A stretch of 17,126 nt of DNA from a bacterium (GTDB lineage: Bacteria; SZUA-182; DTGQ01; JAFGSM01), in contig JBLIRN010000056.1 in assembly GCA_049472315.1 (NCBI GenBank), positions 1 to 17,126 of the forward strand. Reading direction: 5' to 3'. A program made the translations under genes and the position numbers. Shown in pieces: positions 1 to 7,707 of this stretch. The number at the start of each line of letters is the position of its first letter. Within the stretch, counting starts at the first letter, position 1. The notes beneath the pieces are model-generated. The model was not told where the DNA came from. It searched no databases and was given only the letters and a program-made list of their open reading frames with translations.

Positions 1-1406
1 ACCTGCTTGATGATCTCAAGATATTTCATATGGGCACACTCTATGCCCAGATCTCGCAGCCTTACAGATACCTGTTCATAGCTGATTATGAGGTTGCCGC
101 AGAGGCCATCAAACCGACCACGTTACTCCTTGACGCCGGCAATAGCTTCATCTTTGTCGAGAATGCGAACGACCCCAATGATCCGGTGGTGAAATACTGG
201 ACCGATCTGGGCGCCGATCCCAATAGGTTCGGGGAGGAGAAGGATCCTGCCATCAGTGCGATCCTGGGCAGGGACTTCGTTGTTGATCTGAACCTGCCCA
301 TCTTTGCGGATCCCAACCTGCGGCTCCAGGCGGACGGCCCCGGCTTTACGGCACAGTGCATCATCGACCAGGGTACCCTGGGATGGAACGCCACGGTCAA
401 CGGGTATGGCGCAAACGCAATCCAGGCATTCCTGCTCCAGCCGCTTCCGATCTATCCGTATGACGGCATGCCGACGTACATTCCGGCCTACTATGCGGCG
501 GTCGATGCAGTGAATACCTACGGCAAGCCGTTCTATCGTCCGGACCTCGTGTTCATCCTGGACAGCGCGCTGTGGAACGCCGGTGTGACCGTGTGGCCGA
601 TGATCGCGGCCCTGGACTACACGCCGATGTACTTCGAGGACCTGATCATCACCATCGAGGTAACCAACGGTGTACATTCGGATGTACGTACCTTCCCCAT
701 CAGCGTAGTGAACTACCCGGTGGAGAACTATCCGCCTGTGCTTCAGTTGGATATCGATGATCAGATCTTCTACGTGGGCGAGCTGGGTGAATACATCGTG
801 AACTTCATCGATCCCGACTGCTTCATCTTCTCCCTTGCGCAGCCTGCGGCAACCACTCATACGCCCGGATTCCCCGTGTCCGGATCCTACAGGACCGACA
901 TGGAGGGCATGACGTGGAACATGACCCTCAACGGAATGCCCAACTATCAGTACGGTCCATGGATCGAGCAGATCATCGAGCCGTGCGCCGGTCGGATCAG
1001 CTGGGTGCCGAAGTTCGAGGGCGCCTATGATACGATCGTGACCTGTACGGACGCCAGGGGCGCCGTCGGGTTCGGCGAGATCACCATCTTCTGCGTGAAC
1101 AGGGGCACCTGGTTGAACCATCCGCCCATCATCCTCGGCGGGCCGACCCAGCCGGTGGTGATAAAGGCGGGCGAGGAGTTCATCCTCCATACCCCCAACT
1201 TCGCGGTGGAAGATCCTGATGGCGATCAGATCTACGCCTCCTGCAACATAGGAACCTGTGGCAGCGCTCCGGACGGCTCCTTCATCTGGAAGTTCCAGAG
1301 CAATTTCCCCGGCTCCTATATGGTAGAGGTCATCTTCTACGACATCAGGGGCGGCTATGCGATCATGGAGTTCTTCCTCGACGTGAAGCCGTGGTGGAGT
1401 TACTAA
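1..1406 (+). CDS. 5'-truncated large protein of unknown function with two C-terminal Ig/cadherin-like modules; paralog of 2331..4676
   Basis: The frame is open from base 3 (LLDDLKIFHMGTLYAQ), which aligns with LMDYPDLFEMGPLYAQ in the downstream paralog, so ATG30 is internal and the gene starts outside the window. It has NYPPV and NHPPI...EDPDGDQ motifs typical of cadherin/Ig-like repeats and ends in KPWWSY. Confidence 0.85.
   Translation, partial: LLDDLKIFHMGTLYAQISQPYRYLFIADYEVAAEAIKPTTLLLDAGNSFIFVENANDPNDPVVKYWTDLGADPNRFGEEKDPAISAILGRDFVVDLNLPIFADPNLRLQADGPGFTAQCIIDQGTLGWNATVNGYGANAIQAFLLQPLPIYPYDGMPTYIPAYYAAVDAVNTYGKPFYRPDLVFILDSALWNAGVTVWPMIAALDYTPMYFEDLIITIEVTNGVHSDVRTFPISVVNYPVENYPPVLQLDIDDQIFYVGELGEYIVNFIDPDCFIFSLAQPAATTHTPGFPVSGSYRTDMEGMTWNMTLNGMPNYQYGPWIEQIIEPCAGRISWVPKFEGAYDTIVTCTDARGAVGFGEITIFCVNRGTWLNHPPIILGGPTQPVVIKAGEEFILHTPNFAVEDPDGDQIYASCNIGTCGSAPDGSFIWKFQSNFPGSYMVEVIFYDIRGGYAIMEFFLDVKPWWSY
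371..1406 (+). repeat. Paralogous DNA repeat, copy 1 (copy 2 at 3641-4676)
   Basis: Colinear with 3641-4676 at a constant offset of 3270. Identical runs include 890-920/4160-4190, 1000-1031/4270-4301 and 1095-1132/4365-4402. Confidence 0.9.
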
Positions 1407-1428
1407 TACCCTTAACCGGGAAACACTT

Positions 1429-1462
1429 AGAGGGCAGCGGATATCCGCTGCCCTCTTTTTTT
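1429..1462 (+). terminator. Rho-independent terminator
   Basis: Hairpin AGAGGGCAGCGG-ATAT-CCGCTGCCCTCT followed by a T tract, 22 nt after the stop at 1406. Confidence 0.9.
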
Positions 1463-1479
1463 GCCTTTACCAGATATAT

Positions 1480-1494
1480 GTATAAAATTTATAC
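1480..1494. promoter_or_regulatory. Perfect AT-rich inverted repeat; candidate activator (bEBP) binding site
   Basis: GTATAAA-A-TTTATAC, about 130-140 bp upstream of the sigma54 -24 box. Confidence 0.35.
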
Positions 1495-1621
1495 CTGATG
1501 AAAAATAATTTCCGTTTATCGAAAAAAGGCGGGGATGTATGAATCCGTTTAACAATCATGCCCTGATGATAAAAACAGGTTCCGCCTCACTCTGACCATG
1601 TTTTTTCCCCAATCCAAATAA

Positions 1622-1637
1622 TGGCACGTTTTTTGCT
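1622..1637 (+). promoter_or_regulatory. Sigma54 (RpoN) -24/-12 promoter
   Basis: TGGCACGTTTTTTGCT exactly matches the TGGCACG-N4-TTGCW consensus (GG 1623-24, GC 1635-36, 10 nt apart). It is intergenic and points toward the ORFs at 1916 and 2331. Confidence 0.85.
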
Positions 1638-1704
1638 TTTTTTTAAACCACAATAACGACATGGTAAAGTGCAGCTGAAATACATGAAAAAAGGCTGCTA
1701 AATT

Positions 1705-1734
1705 TTGACTTTACCGGCGATTTTATGATATTTT
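1705..1734 (+). promoter_or_regulatory. Possible second, sigma70-type promoter
   Basis: TTGACT (1705-1710), 18-nt spacer, then a TG-a-TATTTT extended -10-like box. The AT-rich context makes a chance match possible. Confidence 0.3.
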
Positions 1735-1915
1735 TTTATAGAAGGAGGCTGAAAATTAAACCCCATGCCCGGTTGTGTCATCGGGCATGAAAACTATAAA
1801 GATAACGGCAATACGGGAAATACATCAAACAAGGAGGTGATTCACGTCAGGTACGGAGCAACGAAGGGTATGAATTGATTCTTTTTTTAGTGGAAAGGCC
1901 CGAAGGAGAGTGGTT

Positions 1916-2308
1916 ATGGTCAATGTCAAGTATTTCAGGGTATGGCTCACGGCAGGCAGCCTGGCGATCCTCGTCACCTGCCTTCTGATATCAGGTGTCC
2001 TGGCCCAGACATTCCCTGCATCATATTACTATACAAATCCACTCTTTTTTACCGGTTACGGTTATTTTAATACAATCAACGGATACCTGCTCGGTTTCGG
2101 TCATTCCTCGCCGTTCTTGACCCCTGAAACGGCGTATGTTTATAACAGCATCGGTATCCAGACCTATCCGTACTTCGGGTCTCCGTATCAGACCACGTTT
2201 CCCTATACAACACTGCCGGGTACGCCGATTCCCTATGCACGTTTCAGCTATCCGACCTACGCATACGGTGATCCTGCATACTATTTGAGTTGGGTGCTCT
2301 TACAATAA
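1916..2308 (+). CDS. Small secreted Tyr/Pro/Gly/Thr-rich low-complexity protein
   Basis: AAGGAG at 1903-1908 is 7 nt before ATG1916, which is preferred over GTG1910. A basic N-terminus and hydrophobic core end in VLA-Q, a Sec/SPI signal. The 100-aa mature part has 18 Tyr, 12 Pro and only 3 charged residues. Confidence 0.8.
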   Translation: MVNVKYFRVWLTAGSLAILVTCLLISGVLAQTFPASYYYTNPLFFTGYGYFNTINGYLLGFGHSSPFLTPETAYVYNSIGIQTYPYFGSPYQTTFPYTTLPGTPIPYARFSYPTYAYGDPAYYLSWVLLQ

Positions 2309-2330
2309 TCTAAAAGTGAGGTGTATGGCT

Positions 2331-4676
2331 ATGAAGAGTGTAAAGAAGACCTTGATTGTGTGTGTGGTTGTGGCCTTGGTTATGGTGATGGTCGAAACCG
2401 CAGCCATAGCTCAGGTGGGTTTCGGGTTCCCGCCGCTGTGGAATTTCCCTTCATTCTCTACCCAACCACTTCAGGTCCCGACATGGGAGGATCCCTTTTT
2501 GGGCGAAGGGGATATCCTCATCGACAACTTCGAATACTGGGATAGTCCATACAACCATGGCTGGAGACAGTCCGAGCCGGCATATCCGACCTATGGGTTC
2601 GGCATGGGCTATGCCACCATCTTCAACACCGTGCTTGATCTGCAGGAGGGAAGCAGGGTACTTGATGTGTATCGTCCCGCTTCCGTGTTCCTGCTCGGCA
2701 CCCCCTACGAGAAGCATATGATTTTCCATGGCCTTTACAGCCCACCGAGTGCCATTGACCAGGATGGGGAGGATTTCATCAATCTCAACAATGATCCGGT
2801 GTTGAGCTTTCAGTTCAGGGCGCCCCTCGGTATTGAGAAGTGGGACATCTTCGAAATTGCCGTGGCTGGATACACCGGTGCGTCAATACCAAACGATATC
2901 ACCGTGAGGCTCGTGCCTCTGCAGCCTCCCGCCGGCGCATGTCTCGGAGCGGTTAACAGCACCGAAGGGATGTACGGGTATCAGGCAGCGGTTACCGGGT
3001 TCAGGAATTCCTCCGGCACCACTGCAGGATCAATGGAGGTGACGGTTTATCTGGGCAGAGGTCTCCTTGACGGATCATGGCATGTGGTCTGGATCAATCT
3101 GCCCGATGCGGTCAAGGCCGCGGTGGATGCGTCCGACGACATTGAATCCTCCGAACGATCGGACTGGTACATGGCTCAGGCCAATGCCATTCTTCTGAGC
3201 GGCCAGATGTTCAGGTTGGACAATCTCATGTTCAGGGCCGATTCAGGTCACGACCTTATGGACTACCCTGACCTGTTCGAAATGGGGCCCCTCTATGCCC
3301 AGATGTTCGAGCCCTATCGCTTCCTGTTCTTTGCGGACTATGCAGGCGCCCGGATCGCTGCCCACGATGTTGACGGACACAAAAGCGAATGCGATCACGT
3401 CAGCGATCTGATGCTCAATCCCAAAAATTTCATGCTGGTCGAGGATCCCAATGATCCCGATGATCCGGTCGTGAAATACTGGACCGATCTGGGGGCGGAT
3501 CCCAATCTGTTCGGAAAGAACGATCCCAATATCGCCACGCTGTTTAAGAGGGACCAATTCGTGGTGGACCTCAGCCTGCCCATCTTTGCCGACGCCAATA
3601 TGCGATTGGGCGGTGAGATGGCAAAGTGCGTGATCGCCCAGGGCACCCTGGGGTGGAACGCCACCGTCGGGGGCTACGGCGCCAACGGTGTCCAGGCATT
3701 CCTGCTCCAGCCGCTCCCGGTGTATCCGTATGACGGCATGCCCACCTACTACCCCGCCTACTATGCGGTCCTGGATGTGATCGCGGCATACGGGAAACCG
3801 TTCTATCGTCCGGAACTCGCCTTCATGTTGGAAGGCGCATTGTGGAATGCCGGGGTGACCGTGTGGCCGAACATCGCGGCCCTCGACTACACGCCGATGT
3901 ACTTCGAGGACCTTATCATCACTATCGAGGTGACCAACGGGGTGCACTCGGACGTGCGCACCTTCCCCATCAGCGTGGTGAATTACCCGGTGGAGAACTA
4001 TCCCCCTGTGGTTCAGCTCGATATCGACGACCAGATCTTCTATGTGGGTGAGTTGGGTGAATACATCGTCAACTTCATCGATCCCGACTGCTTCATCTTT
4101 TCCATGGGCCAGCCTGCGGCAACCACCCATGTCCCGGGGTATCCCCTCAATGCGAACTTCAGGACCGACATGGAGGGCATGACGTGGAACTTGACCATCA
4201 ACGGACTCCCCAACTACCAGTACGGTCCCTGGATCGAGCAGATTGTCAATCCCTGCAGCGGTTTGATCGGCTGGGTGCCGAAGTTCGAGGGCGCCTATGA
4301 TGCGGTGATAACCTGTCGGGATGCCAGGGGAGCCCTCGGGTTCGGTGAGATCACCATCTTTGCCGTGAACAGGGGCACCTGGTTGAACCATCCGCCCATC
4401 ATTCTTGGCGGGCCCACCCAGCCGGTGGTCATCAAGGCGGGCGAGGAGTTTATCCTGCATACCCCCAATTTCTCAGTGGAAGATCCCGATGGCGATCAGT
4501 TGTATGCATCATGCAACTTAGGTTCCTGTGGATGCGCGCCGGACGGCTCCTTTATCTGGACCTTCCAGTCGAATTTTCCCGGATCCTATATGGTGGAGAT
4601 CGTATTCTACGACATCAGGGGAGGCTACGCGGTCATGGAGTTCTTCCTCGATGTGAAGCCCTGGTGGACCTACTAA
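2331..4676 (+). CDS. Large secreted protein of unknown function with C-terminal Ig/cadherin-like modules (candidate surface/matrix protein)
   Basis: GAGGTG at 2318-2323 is 7 nt before ATG2331. Signal peptide MKSVKKTLIVCVVVALVMVMVETAAIA-Q. Acidic and aromatic-rich, with DPNDPDDP, NYPPV and NHPPI...DPDGD motifs. The C-terminal ~60% is paralogous to 1..1406. Confidence 0.9.
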   Translation: MKSVKKTLIVCVVVALVMVMVETAAIAQVGFGFPPLWNFPSFSTQPLQVPTWEDPFLGEGDILIDNFEYWDSPYNHGWRQSEPAYPTYGFGMGYATIFNTVLDLQEGSRVLDVYRPASVFLLGTPYEKHMIFHGLYSPPSAIDQDGEDFINLNNDPVLSFQFRAPLGIEKWDIFEIAVAGYTGASIPNDITVRLVPLQPPAGACLGAVNSTEGMYGYQAAVTGFRNSSGTTAGSMEVTVYLGRGLLDGSWHVVWINLPDAVKAAVDASDDIESSERSDWYMAQANAILLSGQMFRLDNLMFRADSGHDLMDYPDLFEMGPLYAQMFEPYRFLFFADYAGARIAAHDVDGHKSECDHVSDLMLNPKNFMLVEDPNDPDDPVVKYWTDLGADPNLFGKNDPNIATLFKRDQFVVDLSLPIFADANMRLGGEMAKCVIAQGTLGWNATVGGYGANGVQAFLLQPLPVYPYDGMPTYYPAYYAVLDVIAAYGKPFYRPELAFMLEGALWNAGVTVWPNIAALDYTPMYFEDLIITIEVTNGVHSDVRTFPISVVNYPVENYPPVVQLDIDDQIFYVGELGEYIVNFIDPDCFIFSMGQPAATTHVPGYPLNANFRTDMEGMTWNLTINGLPNYQYGPWIEQIVNPCSGLIGWVPKFEGAYDAVITCRDARGALGFGEITIFAVNRGTWLNHPPIILGGPTQPVVIKAGEEFILHTPNFSVEDPDGDQLYASCNLGSCGCAPDGSFIWTFQSNFPGSYMVEIVFYDIRGGYAVMEFFLDVKPWWTY
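3641..4676 (+). repeat. Paralogous DNA repeat, copy 2
   Basis: See copy 1. Differences fall mostly at third codon positions. Confidence 0.9.
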
Positions 4677-4706
4677 TTACGTCTCCGCTCTACGCAAGCG
4701 TATTCG

Positions 4707-4741
4707 AAAAGGCAGCGGTTTTTTACCGCTGCCTTTTTTTT
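4707..4741 (+). terminator. Rho-independent terminator
   Basis: AAAAGGCAGCGGT-TTTTT-ACCGCTGCCTTTT plus a T tract, 30 nt after the stop at 4676. Confidence 0.9.
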
Positions 4742-4817
4742 ATCCAACCGACACGATTCAGGGATCGCAACCCTCACCAGCGCAGATAGTGAACATGGCG
4801 GAGGCAATAGTAATGTG

Positions 4818-4844
4818 CCACAAGAAGCACAGAGGGCACAGAGA
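4818..4844. repeat. Three degenerate 9-bp tandem units
   Basis: CCACAAGAA-GCACAGAGG-GCACAGAGA in the intergenic region. Confidence 0.5.
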
Positions 4845-4981
4845 AATTTATTGATGACGAATTGCATTTTTTGGATGAAATCTGATTAATAAGAAGGTGA
4901 GGAAGGGGATTACGGCCGATTAAAGGGATATGAACCGACGGTCGTGACCGGTATCGATGACTCTTCCGGCATCACGTGGAT

Positions 4982-5011
4982 TTGACAGGGATATAGCCGA
5001 TTCAGTATAGT
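4982..5011 (+). promoter_or_regulatory. Sigma70-type promoter of the GH57 gene
   Basis: TTGACA (4982-4987), 18-nt spacer, TATAGT (5006-5011); the -10 box ends 10 nt before ATG5022. Confidence 0.6.
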
Positions 5012-5021
5012 AGGGTGCTAA

Positions 5022-7448
5022 ATGGAACGATATCTTTGTATTCACGGGCATTTTTACCAACCTCCCCGCGAAAATCCATGGTTGGACGAGCTGGAAATCC
5101 AGGACTCGGCAAGGCCCTTTCATGATTGGAATGAAAAGATCCTTGCGGAATGCTATGCGCCGAATACGGCGGCAAGGATTGTTGATGATCGAAACAGAAT
5201 CCTCGCGATTTCCAATAATTACCATCTTATCAGCTTCAATTTCGGTCCCACCCTCCTTTCCTGGATGGAGCGCCATGGGCCGAAGGTCTATGCATCAATC
5301 CTGGAAGCAGACCGCCTGAGTGCACGGGAGCGAAACGGGCACGGCAATGCCATCGCCCAGGTATACAACCATGTCATCATGCCCCTTGCAGAAACACGGG
5401 ACAAATGGATACAGATCCAATGGGGGATCAGGGACTTTCAGAGAAGATTCGGCCGTTTCCCTGAAGGGATGTGGCTTGCCGAGACCGCGGTCGACCGGGA
5501 GACCCTTAAGCTCCTCGCCAAGGCGGGAATCAGATTCACCATCCTCGCACCCCATCAGGCATCCCGAATAAAACGGATCAATGCCTATGAATGGATGGAC
5601 GTCAGGGGAGGAAAGATCGACCCCACGCTCCCCTACCGCTGCTTTCTGGACGAGGATCACTTCATTGACATCTTCTTTTACGACGGGCCCATTTCGAACT
5701 CAATCGCATTCGATAAGGTGCTCGGCAGCGGTGATCTCTTTATCAACCGTCTGTTATCGGGTTTCAGCGCAAATCGTATATGGCCCTCCATCCTTTCCGT
5801 GGCCACGGATGGCGAATCATACGGGCATCACTTCAAATTCGGCGATATGGCGTTGGCCTATGTCCTTTCCAGCATAGAGGACCGCAATATAAAACTGATC
5901 AACTACGGGCAGTTTCTGGAGATCCACCCCCCCCAGTTCCAGGTTGAAATCATCGAGAATACGTCATGGAGTTGTTGCCATGGTATTGAGCGCTGGCGGG
6001 ATGACTGCGGATGCAACTCCGGGCACCATCCCCACTGGAACCAGAAATGGCGGGAACCGCTCCGCACGGCCCTCCAGCAACTGAAGCATGTGCTCGATGA
6101 TATCTTTGAAGAACGGGCACGGCAGCATGTAGAGGACCCCTGGGAGGCCCTCATCGAATATATTGACTGCATACTGGACCGCTCGGAAAACCGGAGGAGG
6201 GAATTTTTCTCCCGCCACCAGGTCCGCTCCATCGAGGAATCAAAAAGGATCGAGGTCCTTCAACTGATGGAAATGCAGCGGTTTTCTCACCTGATGTTTA
6301 CCAGTTGCGGCTGGTTTTTCGACGACATCTCCGGGTTAGAGGCCGTGCAGATCCTGAAATATGCATCACGCGCGATCCAGCTTGCAGGGCATTTCACTGA
6401 CCAGGATCTGGAGGCGCCGTTCCTGGAGACACTCGCCAAGGCACGGAGCAATGTCCATGCACGAGGGACGGGCAGGGACATCTACCTTCGGGAGGTTCTC
6501 CCGCTCAAGCTCGATCTGAAAAAGGTACTGAGCCATTATGCCATCAGTTCCCTGTTTGAGAATTACGCGCCGGCCCAACGAATCTACTGCTTCCAGATCG
6601 ATGTCAAGGATTTCCAAAAGGGCATCAAGGACGGAAAGGGCCTGGCAATGGGAAAGGTAAGGATAGTGCATACCATCACCCAGGAATCCCTGAATGCCTA
6701 TTTCGCCGTCCTTCATATGGATGGGCCCCATTTCTTTACCTATCTCAAGGATTCGACATTCGCCAACAGCTTTTTGAAGCTCACCAAGTATCACTTCTGG
6801 AAATTCAATCTGGGAAAGGTGGAAAATGTCAAAAAGGACCTGGACAGCAGCTTCCAATGCCACACCCTCAGCTTGAAGGACCTATTTCTCGATGAGCGGA
6901 GAAAGATCGGGGACCTGTTGAGCCAGAACATCAAAAGGGAATTCGCGGATACCTATCGCTCCATCTATGAAAACAACAAGGCGATCATGGGCCAGTTCGT
7001 GGACATGGATATCCCGGTGCCTCAGGGATTTCTCATCGCTGCGGATTATTCGTTATCCATGGCTCTCGAGGGGGCAATCGAAGGCCTTATGAGCGGCAGG
7101 AACAATAAAGAAGAACTCCTTGAAATCATTGATCAAGGAAGAACCTGGCGTATTGGTTTAGGCAAGCCTACGGTGAAAGAGCGCATCAAAAGGCACCTCG
7201 AAGACACCCTCCAGAAGCTGATCGAGCATCCGCACCAGGAGCATCATATATACGCCATAAACACCCTCCTGGATATTGCCGAAAAGCTCAAGCTGGACAT
7301 CGAGATGTGGCAGATACAAAACCTGTACTATTCCTTCCTTCATTATACCCTCCCCGCGCTCACCAATGATCATGGCAAGGATACGCCCCCCTCGCTTCTC
7401 AAATCATTCAGACTCCTGGCCGAACGGCTCAATTTCTACATGGATTGA
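5022..7448 (+). CDS. Glycoside hydrolase family 57 protein with DUF3536 domain (alpha-glucan active)
   Basis: N-terminal HGHFYQPPRENPW, GMWLAETA (catalytic Glu region), ATDGESYGHH (catalytic Asp region), SWSCxHGIERW and MFTSCGWFFDDISG. Confidence 0.93.
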   Translation: MERYLCIHGHFYQPPRENPWLDELEIQDSARPFHDWNEKILAECYAPNTAARIVDDRNRILAISNNYHLISFNFGPTLLSWMERHGPKVYASILEADRLSARERNGHGNAIAQVYNHVIMPLAETRDKWIQIQWGIRDFQRRFGRFPEGMWLAETAVDRETLKLLAKAGIRFTILAPHQASRIKRINAYEWMDVRGGKIDPTLPYRCFLDEDHFIDIFFYDGPISNSIAFDKVLGSGDLFINRLLSGFSANRIWPSILSVATDGESYGHHFKFGDMALAYVLSSIEDRNIKLINYGQFLEIHPPQFQVEIIENTSWSCCHGIERWRDDCGCNSGHHPHWNQKWREPLRTALQQLKHVLDDIFEERARQHVEDPWEALIEYIDCILDRSENRRREFFSRHQVRSIEESKRIEVLQLMEMQRFSHLMFTSCGWFFDDISGLEAVQILKYASRAIQLAGHFTDQDLEAPFLETLAKARSNVHARGTGRDIYLREVLPLKLDLKKVLSHYAISSLFENYAPAQRIYCFQIDVKDFQKGIKDGKGLAMGKVRIVHTITQESLNAYFAVLHMDGPHFFTYLKDSTFANSFLKLTKYHFWKFNLGKVENVKKDLDSSFQCHTLSLKDLFLDERRKIGDLLSQNIKREFADTYRSIYENNKAIMGQFVDMDIPVPQGFLIAADYSLSMALEGAIEGLMSGRNNKEELLEIIDQGRTWRIGLGKPTVKERIKRHLEDTLQKLIEHPHQEHHIYAINTLLDIAEKLKLDIEMWQIQNLYYSFLHYTLPALTNDHGKDTPPSLLKSFRLLAERLNFYMD

Positions 7449-7482
7449 TTTTTGAATTATTAATCAATATGTTACGGAAAGA

Positions 7483-7530
7483 GGGGGCGCCTTTTGTTTC
7501 GGTTCCCTTGCACACAGGCGCACCCCCCTT
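7483..7530. terminator. Possible terminator-like GC-rich hairpin after the GH57 gene
   Basis: GGGGGCGCCT (7483-7492) can pair with AGGCGCaCCCC (from 7516) around a large loop; the U tract is weak. Confidence 0.3.
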
Positions 7531-7565
7531 CACCTTTGCGCACATGGAATTGGCCAATGACATTT

Positions 7566-7594
7566 TTGACAATCCTGCCCGATGATATTACATT
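7566..7594 (+). promoter_or_regulatory. Sigma70-type promoter of the Hsp20 gene
   Basis: TTGACA (7566-7571), 17-nt spacer, TACATT (7589-7594). Confidence 0.65.
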
Positions 7595-7707
7595 AATAGC
7601 GCATTCAATAAAAGATAAACTGATATGCTAAATATTATATTTATGATATTTTATGATATACTTATATACTTATGCATGCAGCACCCTGAGGAAAGGAGGG
7701 ATACATT

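Noticed and set aside
123..4460. Long antisense ORFs 123..1190 (355 aa) and 3243..4460 (405 aa), similar to each other
   Set aside because: Shadow frames of the paralogous plus-strand genes; their similarity follows from the duplication and codon bias, and they have no recognisable motifs.
371..4676. Repeat pair as a diversity-generating retroelement TR/VR
   Set aside because: Mismatches are mainly synonymous and not adenine-specific, both copies are coding and about 1 kb long, and no reverse transcriptase is present.
5013..5021. GGGTGCTAA resembling a CIRCE right arm
   Set aside because: There is no TTAGCACTC-like left arm at 9-nt spacing.
7444..7468. ATTGATT-N11-AATCAAT inverted repeat resembling an FNR box
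   Set aside because: The spacing does not fit TTGAT-N4-ATCAA, and it overlaps a stop codon in AT-rich DNA.
7595..7707. CIRCE, ROSE or fourU thermometer upstream of Hsp20
   Set aside because: No consensus match; only a 4-bp CCCT/AGGG pairing near the SD.
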